DNA from: Iphione sp. A-MEVVRFRX5
Lineage: Eukaryota
Direction: 5' to 3'
Assembly: GCA_976226885.1 (NCBI GenBank)
Contig: OZ320313.1
Span: 62,124,001 to 62,188,000, forward strand
DNA: 64,000 nt
The translations under genes and the position numbers were made by a program. Positions 26,101-36,294 of the stretch are shown here, one piece after another. The first letter of the stretch is position 1. Each line of letters opens with the position of its first letter. Under the pieces are notes generated by a model that was not told the DNA's origin, did not search any database, and worked only from the letters and a program-made list of their open reading frames with translations.

Positions 26101-28256
26101 TGAAAGACATCCGCTAACCATATGTAGGTAATTAACAAAAAGAGTGACCGGGTGCGGTTTTTTTGTAAGGATGCATGTGAAACGTGCCTTAACCAAGGCC
26201 AAAAAGTATTTTCTAGTGTAAATATATGTATACTTTGTTGGAACTAATATATTGAAGCGTTCGGCCCAGTTTCCATATGTGCATTAGTGCCCATGTGCAT
26301 TGCCATGTGTTCCCATGTGTTTTTATAGGATAGGATGATTTCATTGTGAGTGTCTTCTGTATGCATGTGTCCGTGTGCCCTGGATATCCATTGTTTATTA
26401 TTGAACACTGCTGGTTAATTTCACACACACACACATACACCAACACACAGTAGTATACAGCAGATTGTCTTTGCAGCAGGACGAACACTGTCTACAAAAT
26501 GTCAGTTCATATTAAATTATTTATCTAGTTTGCATATGGTTTGCATTAAACCACACAATTTCCACAGAAATGTCTCAGCAATATGCTTTGATTTCCGTAA
26601 AAAACTGCACAATTGATTTCCGTAAAAAACGGCACAATTTCCACAGGTATCCTTTGATTTCCATTAAAAAAAACACAATGTCCACAGATATGCTCCTCTT
26701 TCTACACACACATGCTTACTTGCACACACTTTCTCTCTCTTTGTCTGTTTCATTCATACAAACGCACACAATTGCACGGTTAATGGTAAACCCCTGTGCA
26801 TTAGGCTGCATAAAAAGAGAAACGCATTGAGACACACCCATCCCTCTCATACAGCCTCATGCAGCCAAACACACATATGGAAACCGGGCCTTAAGACAGC
26901 AACACAAAGATGTGTTGACCATTCAGCATACAAAAAGCATGGTTGCATTTTTTGTTTCCTCACTGTATTTATGGGATTAGAAACACCCCACAAGAAAGGT
27001 GCACAGTGATTAACAGCAGTATCGTGAGGCTGGTATCTCAATCAAAATGTTAGTACCCCAGATCAATTTCACATATCATTGTTATCCCACCCAAAGTGAA
27101 AGCGAACTAAAGTTGATCTCCATGGATTAAAGTAGCATTCTTTCATAATAGAAAGTTTTTGTTATACAGAAAACCTAAAATCTAATTAATTTCCATTGGT
27201 TTAGTCAGGAATGTTACAATGATATGCACTCGTTTTATTTTTATCCATATCTCTTAAAAATAAAAAAAATCCCCATTTGTTACCCTGACGAATAATACAC
27301 GGATACACACAATGCAATCATGGATTTTCTGCTCACCGTTGGTTTAATGTATGAATACCGTGTTGCTTACAAAATCGGTCATGAAATTTCCGCTTTCCTT
27401 TCAGTTATGTTTCATGTTTTATTTTTAGGTAACCAATACTACCGGAGTACCCCGAGCGTTTTCCCTCCGAACAGCTACAGAGTTGATAATGGTTATCCTC
27501 GTTCACTAAGCGTCTGGGGTACAGGCTTTACAAAAATCGATGCCGTTTTCACCTGGTATTATAACAGGAGGGTTTACTTCTTCTCTGGACATCAGTACAT
27601 CAGATACAATGATGTGCTGCTCCGGGTAAATATCGGCAATATGCCAGCAGACAAGTCATACAAGTTTACATAGCTGATGCTGGACCCATGCTATATATAG
27701 GTGCATGTAAATATAAATGTATAAGGACATATCTACTAAATATTACTGGGCTGGAGTATGTAGATTCATAAAAATGTTTGGTTAAATCAATCTATAAATC
27801 AAATCAAAGCGATTTCATTGAATACATTTCGTCATAGCTAATAGCGCTCCAACTTATATATCATCACACCTTTGTGCTCATTCAATTCAGGTGGATACCC
27901 CGACCACGTTTCCGTACCCACGGGATTTAGAGCAGTGGTGGTTATCATGCCCAACAAGTCGACAACTGCTCGCCGATATTAGGTCCGAGCATCTCGCCGA
28001 CAATTCCACGAACAGTTCCAGTCAGACGCTTAATGTCGAACAAGATCAAGAGGCAAATGGCCCCGAGCGGCTAAGGATCTTCCATGAGTCATCAGATCAA
28101 ATACCGGACCTCCCCGGATCAATGAACTCTCGCTTCGTAGAGTTTGAGTTGGGCGTTCAAGATAGCGATTCTGCCTCTACAGCGACTCTTTCGCGTGACA
28201 TTCAGTGGATTTGTATAAGCACATCCTCTCTTCTTTTCTTTCAGTTTTTCTCATAG
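10996..28256 (+). CDS. MMP: Matrix metalloproteinase (M10A family), spliced, 5'-incomplete; probably GPI-anchored. Exons 10996-11113, 11483-11596, 12799-12893, 20264-20465, 20998-21156, 21596-21778, 22007-22152, 25322-25466, 27429-27625, 27891-28256 (574 aa without the signal-peptide exon)
   Basis: All ten exons are bounded by AG/GT and join in one open frame (1725 nt). Motifs: prodomain LVKYGF...FQNYYGLAETG, cysteine switch PRCGFPD, furin site RRKKR, structural-zinc segment [24 protein letters not shown], catalytic [11 protein letters not shown], Met-turn ALMY, Pro/Thr hinge, four hemopexin repeats between C(NNRLTFDA) and WWLSC, hydrophobic C-terminus. The exact orthologue cannot be assigned. 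Confidence 0.95.
11483..11596 (+). CDS. MMP: MMP exon: cysteine switch and furin site
   Basis: ctgcag|GC...TTA G|gtagt; VPDQETVKLMSTPRCGFPDILDNSTLSGRRKKRFLPLG. Confidence 0.95.
12799..12893 (+). CDS. MMP: MMP exon: start of catalytic domain
   Basis: ttcaag|GT...GAG|gtattt; RWTRTDLTYSVGSSTKMPLHQVEAIIAKALE. Confidence 0.92.
13224..13663. mobile_element. Possible non-autonomous piggyBac-type element
   Basis: TTAA|CCC...GGG|TTAA, but the TIR match is weak (about 8/14). Confidence 0.45.
14454..14545 (+). repeat. 5' LTR remnant, deleted and fused directly to pol
   Basis: Shares tgttaggc.gagaag, cacagagtttggttc and cagagtatgttctcag.tcat with the 3' LTR; the right end is approximate. Confidence 0.75.
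14540..16450 (+). pseudogene. Gypsy pol relic (RT C-terminus, RNase H, integrase) with stops and frameshifts
   Basis: SFLRLCSYYRSFVKN, FHWNGKCKEAFNSLK, LDTDA, LAYASQT...NYCMSRKELLAVVFGLRKF, GHLGTK...CVMCQ (integrase HHCC remnant), GPF...RFIIVVADHFTK, TPYLPQIDRVVERFNQTL; boundaries approximate. Confidence 0.9.
17809..17978 (+). pseudogene. Relic of two tandem C2H2 zinc fingers in an extra ORF in the Gypsy 3' internal region
   Basis: FYCSDYRVKFKREVTL-(frameshift)-DHFCVH and CPVARYQGKMFKHCDDFRRHLQRIDK. C2H2 spacing is restored by single-base reversions (TAC>TGC, TAT>TGT, GAC>CAC) plus one indel. Confidence 0.65.
18954..19145 (+). repeat. 3' LTR (192 bp)
   Basis: TGTT...AACA termini, preceded by the PPT, TATAAG near 19032, AATAAA at 19079-84. 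Confidence 0.88.
19691..20096. mobile_element. Harbinger-like MITE, AGYRCTATCCCCAT family
   Basis: TTA|AGCGCTATCCCCATAGA...TCTATGGGGATAGCTCT|TTA; internal GC-rich repeats shared with the 41657 copy. Confidence 0.82.
20264..20465 (+). CDS. MMP: MMP exon: catalytic domain, structural Zn/Ca ligands
   Basis: ctatag|ATA...TTA G|gtacc; IWSNSSRLSF...[45 protein letters not shown]; missed by the ORF track. Confidence 0.95.
20998..21156 (+). CDS. MMP: MMP exon: catalytic zinc motif and Met-turn
   Basis: ttgcag|GA...TAC G|gtgtgt; [31 protein letters not shown]...DDINGIQYIYG. Confidence 0.97.
21596..21778 (+). CDS. MMP: MMP exon: proline-rich hinge and start of hemopexin domain
   Basis: aacag|GG...GCA G|gttcaa; APPAPPRPLPQPT...PPFCNNRLTFDAIFSINRRAFAIAG. 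Confidence 0.93.
22007..22152 (+). CDS. MMP: MMP exon: hemopexin repeats 1-2
   Basis: ctgcag|GA...GAG|gtgagc; SSVFELSPQGVLNGYPKSLTDVFG...VDAAL...VLYLFE. Confidence 0.93.
23625..24150 (+). repeat. Dispersed repeat, copy 1 (homologous to about 56405-57260)
   Basis: Shared ggggggacc..aggaatgctgctg, cttataactct.aaaccct and tgccaatcaaggtgg.tgt..agagagag in the same order. Confidence 0.75.
24439..25185. mobile_element. Harbinger-like MITE (GGCACTRTCCCCATGTAC TIR)
   Basis: TAA TSD on both sides; 27-bp TIR with 3 mismatches. Confidence 0.8.
25322..25466 (+). CDS. MMP: MMP exon: hemopexin repeats 2-3
   Basis: tgtag|GAT...AAA G|gtaac; DNSVWKF...FQGLPGNIDAAFYFARFGAIYFFKG; missed by the ORF track. Confidence 0.93.
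25912..26188. mobile_element. MITE, GGCGGTGTWCACATG family, degenerate
   Basis: GGCGGTGTTCACATGTAT...ATGCATGTGAAACGTGCC, TTAA on both sides; related to the 56643 copy. Confidence 0.6.
26263..26890. mobile_element. Harbinger-like MITE, GGCCCGGTTTCC family
   Basis: GGCCCAGTTTCCATATGTG...CACATATGGAAACCGGGCC|TTA. Confidence 0.78.
27429..27625 (+). CDS. MMP: MMP exon: hemopexin repeats 3-4
   Basis: ttttag|GT...CGG|gtaaat; NQYYR...GYPRSLSVWGTGFTKIDAVFTWYYNRRVYFFSGHQYIRYND. Confidence 0.94.
27891..28256 (+). CDS. MMP: MMP terminal exon: end of hemopexin, ~100-aa stalk, hydrophobic GPI-signal-like tail
   Basis: ttcag|GTG...TAG; VDTPTTFPYPRDLEQWWLSC...DSDSASTATLSRDIQWICISTSSLLFFQFFS*. Confidence 0.92.
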   Translation: MDTPTTFPYPRDLEQWWLSCPTSRQLLADIRSEHLADNSTNSSSQTLNVEQDQEANGPERLRIFHESSDQIPDLPGSMNSRFVEFELGVQDSDSASTATLSRDIQWICISTSSLLFFQFFS

Positions 28257-31200
28257 ATCTACAAAGGTTCCTTTCATAATATCAATATTTCTGCAATTTA
28301 TGAACTACAAACGCTCATGTGAAATTTAGTCAGGAAATTTTAGAACTTAAAATACTTGAGAGACTTGCAGACTTAAAGTTTCTCGGAAAAACAGAAAAAC
28401 ATACAGTATAGCTGTTTGATACTGATACTGTTATGTACGTTTCTTGTGAGTTAGTTGCATTTACATAGTCTCTTATAATAGTATGCCCAGCACTTATTTT
28501 CTTATCAAACAGAGATCCTTGTCCAGTTATAAGCGCTAGACAGGAAATATGAACACATATTTCGCTACAAACATTATTTACAAAGAAAACATGTTGACTG
28601 AAAGCTTGATTTTGATCCGGCTGTGATCCGTAGGTTTTTACCTGAACCATGACTGATTAAGCTATATTTTACCTATTTGAGATTTTTTTCTGTATGTTGC
28701 ATATTAATATATTCTTCAAAATAAGGATGGCTGTCTGTGATAAGACAAGTTGTAATGACTGAGCTAGCATTACAAACTAGGGAAACAAGAGTAAACCAAA
28801 TAATGAACTGCATTTCTATAGAGCAAGGCCTGATAAATCTTCAGAATATCTCTAGGAAGAGCACTACAGTGGTAACGAATGCCAATCAATCGCTACATAA
28901 CACTAGGTATATAGATAACGTTGGCTTCATAATAAATGTAATTTTTTCCACAGAATGTCATAACATATCCAAAAGACTGCCATCTAACATATAGATAAGG
29001 ACTAATGCAGTACGTACTATAATATTAAGAAATTATGCCTTTCCCTTAATCTAGCATACAAGCGCATCACGGACATCCCTGTCATAGGGGCATATATAAG
29101 AAATAAGCATTTACTAATTCGTTTGTCTTGAAACAAGTCTTATTTTCCGGTTCTCTGGCTACATGGTGTCGACTATGTCACTTGTTGATTGAGAATGAAA
29201 CGCCTATCATATCATGGCACTGCAAAGAGAAAACCAGGTAACTTATATTTGCACATGTATAGAACTGTAAAATCATGATGGAATATGGTAAAACGGGACA
29301 TGTTTTAAATCAGCTGATCAATGCGGGTGTGCTGGCATACCCATCAAACGTGTAAGATACGTCTCATCTTGTGGCAATTTCGTATTATACAGTCCATACT
29401 ATGTCAAGATTAATTTATACAACGTTATAAAACCTTAATCGTATTGCTCTACTTTTTGTCTGGCGAAACACTTTTATCCCAATATTCAACACAGTAAGAT
29501 ATCTCGCCAACCCTTTCGTTATATTAAGAGACAAAGCATGGTTAATGCATCTGAGGGAAGGTCATATTGTGGGTATTGCCGCTAAATTTTGTTACATCCA
29601 ATTCTATGCAGGCTATCAGAGCAATATATCTACCCTCATGATACATAGACATAAGATAAAGGTTCGCTAATACATTTTGTTTTGTTATTGCTGTCCTAAT
29701 CTTCACCCTTAACTGTAGATTCAACTCTCTTCATATTTTGACAGTAAACATTATGATCATTATTTCCATGAAGAATCACTTCGATAAAGTGGAAATTGAT
29801 GTTATGTCACCTACGTACCATGGAAGATTTCATAGTGCTTCCAGGCTGCACGGGTGGTTGGAATTTCCGCGTAATAGTAATAACATGCTAGATGTCTATG
29901 TAACAAGAAGAGAATACATGTAAGATGAATACATGTGACTAACCGTAAGATGAACGATGATATGCACCTAAATAGACAGGTCATATCCATGTTTGTGTCA
30001 TCGATTTATATAAGCATAATGGGGCTTAACATAGATTAACATAGTTTTCGATCTGAAATATCAGATCTGGGGACGGTGAAAGTATTGAAATGTCACCCCA
30101 GCATGTAATGATAAAGCCAAGACTTGTTTTCACTGACATGTACAGTTGCTGGCACAGTATTGGGGAGTCAATAGATCCATTGGATGAAGGCAACAAATCA
30201 GTTGGATGATCTGGTACATATAAGGGACAACTTACAAATGGAACTAACACATATATTTAAAGTGGAGAGGGTGACATGAAAATAGATACACTATGTGTGT
30301 CTTTTCACAACAGTTATGTAACGGAATAGTAATGAAAGTAAAATGGAAGATAGAACATGGAGAACAGGATTGTTTATACATGGCTATACCCATCCTCTTT
30401 TGCTCTAAATTCTGCTGACAAGACTACATATTTCATAATCCGTGGTGTGTGCACAGGTTATGTGTATGTATATTTACTTGCAAGTGTTTGTATGTGTATG
30501 AAAACGTTTTTCGTCAAGTGGACATCCAGATATTTGTAGAAATTGTATATTTGGTGTGTACTGTGGATCATCATTAAAAGAGCAACCCAACTCATGTTGT
30601 GTGTGTTCACAAATGTTTTGTCGAGAAAGTGGAGGTATGAACTTCTTCTTCTCATTCTTTATGCCATCCACATTCCTGTTTACAAAGAGGCACTACGATA
30701 AAATATAGTGCCAATGACACTTCCCGCAAGCACATAGTTTTGTTGTGTTTTTTCTCCTCACTAACTAGTTTACATGTAATATGTATAACATTTGAATACC
30801 GACCATGTAAAATAAACTCACTCGTTTCCTCTCTCTGCCAGTCTATCTGTCCGCCTCCATTTGTGCATATCTGCATTAATATACATGTATTTCACTGAAG
30901 ATACAAACCCATGTCTCTGTATGTGACATGTGTCTGTCTGCCCCTGCTTCTTTCTCTGTCCTTCTCTATCTCTCGTTTTCATTTTATTACGACTTTGTTC
31001 AAAGGATATGCAACATCAAAAGGAAAAGTGCTTAATTACCTTAGTTTCATGACACCACCATGGCCATGATAGTATTGTATCCCGCACAAAATAATATGGT
31101 AAATTTTACTTTAATTTATGAAAATATGCCACATTTTACCAGAGTAAGATGCCTTAATTAATGAAAATATGGCAAATACAGCAATTTGTACTGGAGGTTA

Positions 31201-31994
31201 CGCTAAACATGCCTTTGATTCATGAAAGCAAGAACAGTTAATGAAAAAAGGAATAAATACCAAATCAAATCTTTAACTATATTCAACTATAATGTAGTTC
31301 ACATTTTCAGTGTTAATACCTGCAAAAAGATCTACAGGTGCAAAAGGAATCATCTAGCCATTGTTCAGTCTCTGTAGTCTACTGAGTACGAGCACCGACA
31401 TCATGTATACTATCTGCCGGTGGCACAAGCCATGCAGCCAAGACGAGCTCCAATCTTCCAGCAGCAATAAAAAATGAAGAGCACCTAGGACAGACCGTAC
31501 AGATAGTATCCACTTATTTGTGGCCATTTGTCGCCATGTGGTAGATAAAGACTGAATACAAACGATTACTGCCTGTAATATAAACGTTTCGCGGAAGCAA
31601 ACAAGTAAAGTAGAACCTCTTTTTCCAACTATCCCTTGGGTCCCAGTAGAAGTAGTTGTATTAGTGAGAATGGTCGCAAATTGATCACAATTTGTATAGA
31701 AATTATCACTTCTGTTCCCACCTCAAGTGGTCGTATTATTGAGGGTGGTCGCAAATTGGAGTGGTCGCAAATTGAGGTTTGATTGAACATTATATAGAGG
31801 CAGTTATTGTCTGTACAAGAAGTATATCTGATTTAAAGTACCCCCCCCCCTGCCGAACCATGCAATATGCTGGAGCCATCAAGAGGATAGGATCTAGTGG
31901 GGTGATAGCTGAGATGGCCCTTGAGTGAACTTCGATTTTGTAGACAGCTTTCCCAGTCAATTATCCCTCCCTCACAGTCAAGATATGACTGTTA

Positions 31995-32429
31995 AGTGCT
32001 ATCCTTATGTACATGAATTGTCCGCATGCCACTTGTGTGGTGTGGGCTGCCTGGACCTCCCCACCACCTGGCATGGGGTCTATCCCCATGGATGCGGGTT
32101 ATACTCACTGTCTTCCTGATGTACTATTGTGCAAATCTTGTTTTAATTCCTGTCAAATTTGTGTAAATGATGTGTTTTTTGTGCAGATCTCATTGAATTC
32201 CTGTCTATTTTACTCTATTCTGTGGTATTCTCTTCTATTCTCAATCTGCATGAGGTGGCGGGGTGCGGGTGGACTGGGCCTCAAGCGATCAGCCCGCACA
32301 CATCAGGTGGCAGGTTGGGAGGGTCCACACACATGGGGATACTTGTATTTAATTGCTTAGGTCTGTTCCTCCTAGTCTCCATGCACAGAATGATGGGTCC
32401 GGAGGGTTTGCATACATTAGGATAGCACT
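31995..32429. mobile_element. Harbinger-like MITE, AGTGCTATCC family
   Basis: TTA|AGTGCTATCCTTATGTA...TACATTAGGATAGCACT|TTA; carries the ttcctgtcaaatttgtgtaa minisatellite unit. Confidence 0.8.
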
Positions 32430-32837
32430 TTAAGTGCCAATCAAGAGGATCAGGTCTGCTGATGATGAGCCGTACAGTATAGGTAGGCTTGAATATATAA
32501 TGTGTATTGGTTTAACAAGAATCTTTACTGGAAGTAACATAGTCAAAATTTGAAAAAGAAGAGAAAAGGGAGAGGGAAGGGTCTTCCCCAACATTAATGA
32601 AAGGAAAAAAAATTTCTGAAGGCTATGTTGAAGATGCATTTAATTTATAAAAGAGCAGCAAATATTTGCAGAGGTCATGCTAAACATGCATTTAGTTCAG
32701 AAAAAATTGGAAAGAAAGGGGGTGTGTAAGGGGTCTTCCTTCACATGAATAAAGTTATGGAATTAAAGTTAAAGGTCTAACTATGGTTAAACTTTTACAC
32801 TGCAATGAATGAGAGAATTATGGTTTAACCTTTGTTC

Positions 32838-32930
32838 AGCCTCCATGGCGCATTGGATAGTAGCACTAGCCCTCACATAGGTATAGAGAGGCATTCATGC
32901 TGATGAGCAGGTTCAAATCCACATCCAGCC
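32838..32930 (+). mobile_element. tRNA-derived SINE head (Pol III A and B boxes)
   Basis: A-box-like TGGCGCATTGG at 32846-56; B box GGTTCAAATCC at 32910-20; no complete cloverleaf seen. Confidence 0.45.
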
Positions 32931-34337
32931 TTGACACATTTCGGTAGAGTAACTGAAAACATCAGACCTCCTCATATACATCACAGATCAGCTAGTAGAA
33001 TACATATACATGATATGATAGACAAGGGAGTCAAATAGGAAGATAGAGAGAAGGGGCTGTAGGGGTACGTTATAATATGGATGTCACATTTATATACGCC
33101 CTACTAGTTACGTGTAAAATTTTCCCGTTATGTTCTCCACTTGGCAGGCACAACAGGACGAGATTAAATATTGCAAGTTACAACTATGCAGCTCTGAATC
33201 GCCGACCCTATCTCTGTATTTTATTTAGACTGTGGCACTGTTGTTGAAGGTAACTGGTAAGGTCTGAAAGCCTCTTTCCTAAATTTTGCAATTGTTTATT
33301 ATGGGTCTTCTCAATATATTTGCAGGCAAATGCGTGGTTGTTATTGAAGCCCACTTGAAATGAGCCTACTACCATACTAGCGTCATACAGTATTTTCTTA
33401 ACGTATACATGTATGTCTACGCTATCACGTGAAGCGCCATCTGCAGTATTTCGTTGTAGACAACTCCTCATTAGATCTACCATGGAGTCCTATATACATG
33501 TATATGTCAAAGCAGGGATGCAACGAATGTTGAACATCTGTGACAATTACACCAGATGCATAAAAAAAAACAAGAAAACACATGGAAATGAAAACCTGAA
33601 ACAATGGAACACTAGGACCGTATTTATATGTAACACATGTTTCTGTTTCAAATAAACACAAATAAACCACTAAACCCTTACAAATAATACAAATAAGAAA
33701 TAAAAGCCAGGGTTCCCTGTAGAAACAATACAAAGTTTCAAATTTGAAATACAAATTGTATATCGATTATATATGAACAGGTTTCGCGAATTGGAACCCC
33801 ACTTTTCTGTCACTTATTTATCACCATAATCGTAGCTCAGTGAAGAAGTTACTAGCACAATTATACTATCATAGGGTATAAGAGAAAGTAAAAATCATAG
33901 AAAAGAAGGAAACGTTTTCTCAGTAGTCGAACTTCATATCTACATGTATATATATAAATGCTGTATGTTCCAGTTTCGCCATAAACAAGTACATTTAATT
34001 TAATGAAGTTAAACTCCAGTTTACCTCCCTGCGTTTAGAATATATGATGGCAGGAAGAGTATCTAAAGGGTATACAATTAAATGCTGCTATTGCAATACT
34101 ATATAGATTGTGTCTTGACCTAATTTAGCTTCCCAATGGTTCCTATATGTGAGATAATTCGATCCAAGATGACCCTTTTTATCTGTAGCCCTACGATTTG
34201 AAACTAAGAGAAGAACTATTACCAGAGAGCCTCACTTTGAAACGTCTACACCGCCATGTTGGGAGAAGCTCCTACTTGACAGAGTTTGTCAGAGGCCTTC
34301 GACCTATTTCTTTGTAATTATTTTCAATAGCGATATA

Positions 34338-34501
34338 CAGGCCCGTAGCCAAGGGGGTATCGGGGTATCAGACGATATCCCCAAAGAGATTGATTACTAT
34401 AGATCCTTATATGGATTTTTAAAAATTAGTTCCACCTCTGTGGTACTGGGGGTATCGTCCGATACCCCCCCCCCCCACAAAAAGCCCTGGCTATGGGCCT
34501 G
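34338..34501. mobile_element. MITE with CAGGCCCGTAGCCA TIRs and a 5-bp TSD
   Basis: ATATA|CAGGCCCGTAGCCA...TGGCTATGGGCCTG|ATATA. Confidence 0.8.
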
Positions 34502-34973
34502 ATATACATGTACGTTAGCTTCACTGGGGAAAACTACCATAAACAAAAGTTTCTTCATCAGAAATTCATGAACCACCAATACAAGTTTAGTAAATAGGTT
34601 CCATGTAGTCAGCTTGTTGTGGGAACTTTATTATCAGAGGTACACCAGTAAAGAGCTAATTCTTTACGTTACTTAGTTTGATATTAATAGTAATAAATCG
34701 TTTGTTATGCAACACTTTCTGTCTGTGGTTGTCTTCCTCATTTTAAGTCAATCGTTTTCAAAGTGACAGAAAGTGAATTCAGGCACAAAACTATCTCTCC
34801 AAAGGCAACTTCGTTACAAATGATCTTCATTCTCTCTCAGTGCTTCATTAATAATGATACAGATGTACATGTAGTTCTTCACCTGTACATTTCCTCCCCC
34901 CCAAAAAAAAAGTCCTGCAAAAGGGAGTTTGTTATGAGATAATACATGGAATCTCACTAATCAAGACAAATGA

Positions 34974-35241
34974 AGTGCTATCCCCAGACCTGCCACCTGA
35001 CACGTGGAAAGCGGAAGGACCACTTCTAGGCTATAAAATACAATTATCCCCATGTGCGCGGACAAACCCAGAATTTAATATATGCTAGGTATACTTTTGT
35101 TATGTATGAAGAACGATAAAGACAATGTGTATAACCAATGTACATGAGGACAAGCCCCACATCAGGTGACAGGGAGGTCCAGGCAGCCTGCACCACACCA
35201 ATGGTTGTAGATGGAATACCCATATACATGGGAATAGTGCT
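34974..35241. mobile_element. Degenerate AGTGCTATCCCC-family MITE
   Basis: AGTGCTATCCCCAG...ATGGGAATAGTGCT|TTA; internal cccatgtgcgcggacaa motif shared with other copies. Confidence 0.6.
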
Positions 35242-36108
35242 TTAGTGTCCAGATTATGGAATGTTACTGTGGATCATTTGCAGTTTAATCAGTAACAAGG
35301 TTATTAACTGCTTTTATATCTAACTAGATTGATATTTTCTTCAGTTTGTGTTGTCTAGAATGGAATAAATCATCTGGTAAATTTTGCAGGTTCATTTGTT
35401 ACTTGCTATGTTGTGCGACACTGTCCTCAGACCCTTCCTTGCACATTATTTCCACACTTGTCATAACACATATTGACATTTCAAAGGGCAGGTGCCACCC
35501 TATCTGCAGACCGTTCCTCGCAATGTTCCAGAGACCGTTGTGGGAAAGTCTGTTATATGTCTGGTATAGACTTTAATACATCTTGTTTACTACTAGAAAT
35601 TGAGTGTTCATAGGTGAGCGTCCAGAACTTGTGAATGTATGGAATAGACAGATTTAATCAAACATGAAATAGAGACTTTCCTTTTATGTCTAAAATGTCT
35701 TTAGAACTCTTGATGATGTCTGAAAAAACCGATTGTCTGGAATCTGATATAGATTCCCCTCTAAGCTGCAAAGGTTTCCCTGCACAAAAGGGATACTTAC
35801 CTACAATTATACTGGGAGGACTGTGGATTTATGGGGTAATTGAATAGAGAACCAGTTTAACATGAATGACAGCATTGAAAAAACATAAATATAACATATA
35901 ATATGCATGTAGGCTGTGATCGTTGCTGAAATTATATAAATATGTAAAGAAAAACATATTTGGCATATATCATATGAACTCCTGACAATATTCATTATAT
36001 ATTAGGTCACAGTAACAATTCCACTAGGACTTTCTTTCCACCTTTCGCTAATGCTACTTGGGTTACGATGGTTGGAACAAGATTGGTTAATACATTTGGG
36101 TCATTTGA

Positions 36109-36294
36109 ACCAGAGCAGACAAAAAATCGAAATTTGTCCTGGCGAGACAGAAGCTTGAAAGTTATGAGAGAAGTGTGAATTAAGAAGGCTTGAAGCTATG
36201 GAATGGCCTCCTGGAAAACATCACAAACCTACCGAGAGACAAGTTCAAAAAGAGGGCCAAAATAAGGCTGGGAGAGAGACACAAACAAGAATGA
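36109..36294 (+). pseudogene. 3' end relic of a non-LTR retrotransposon ORF2 (CR1/L2-group-like)
   Basis: TRADKKSKFVLARQKLESYERSVN*EGLKLWNGLLENITNLPRDKFKKRAKIRL matches the TR...S..Y.G.KLWN.LP...FK C-terminal signature. Confidence 0.65.
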
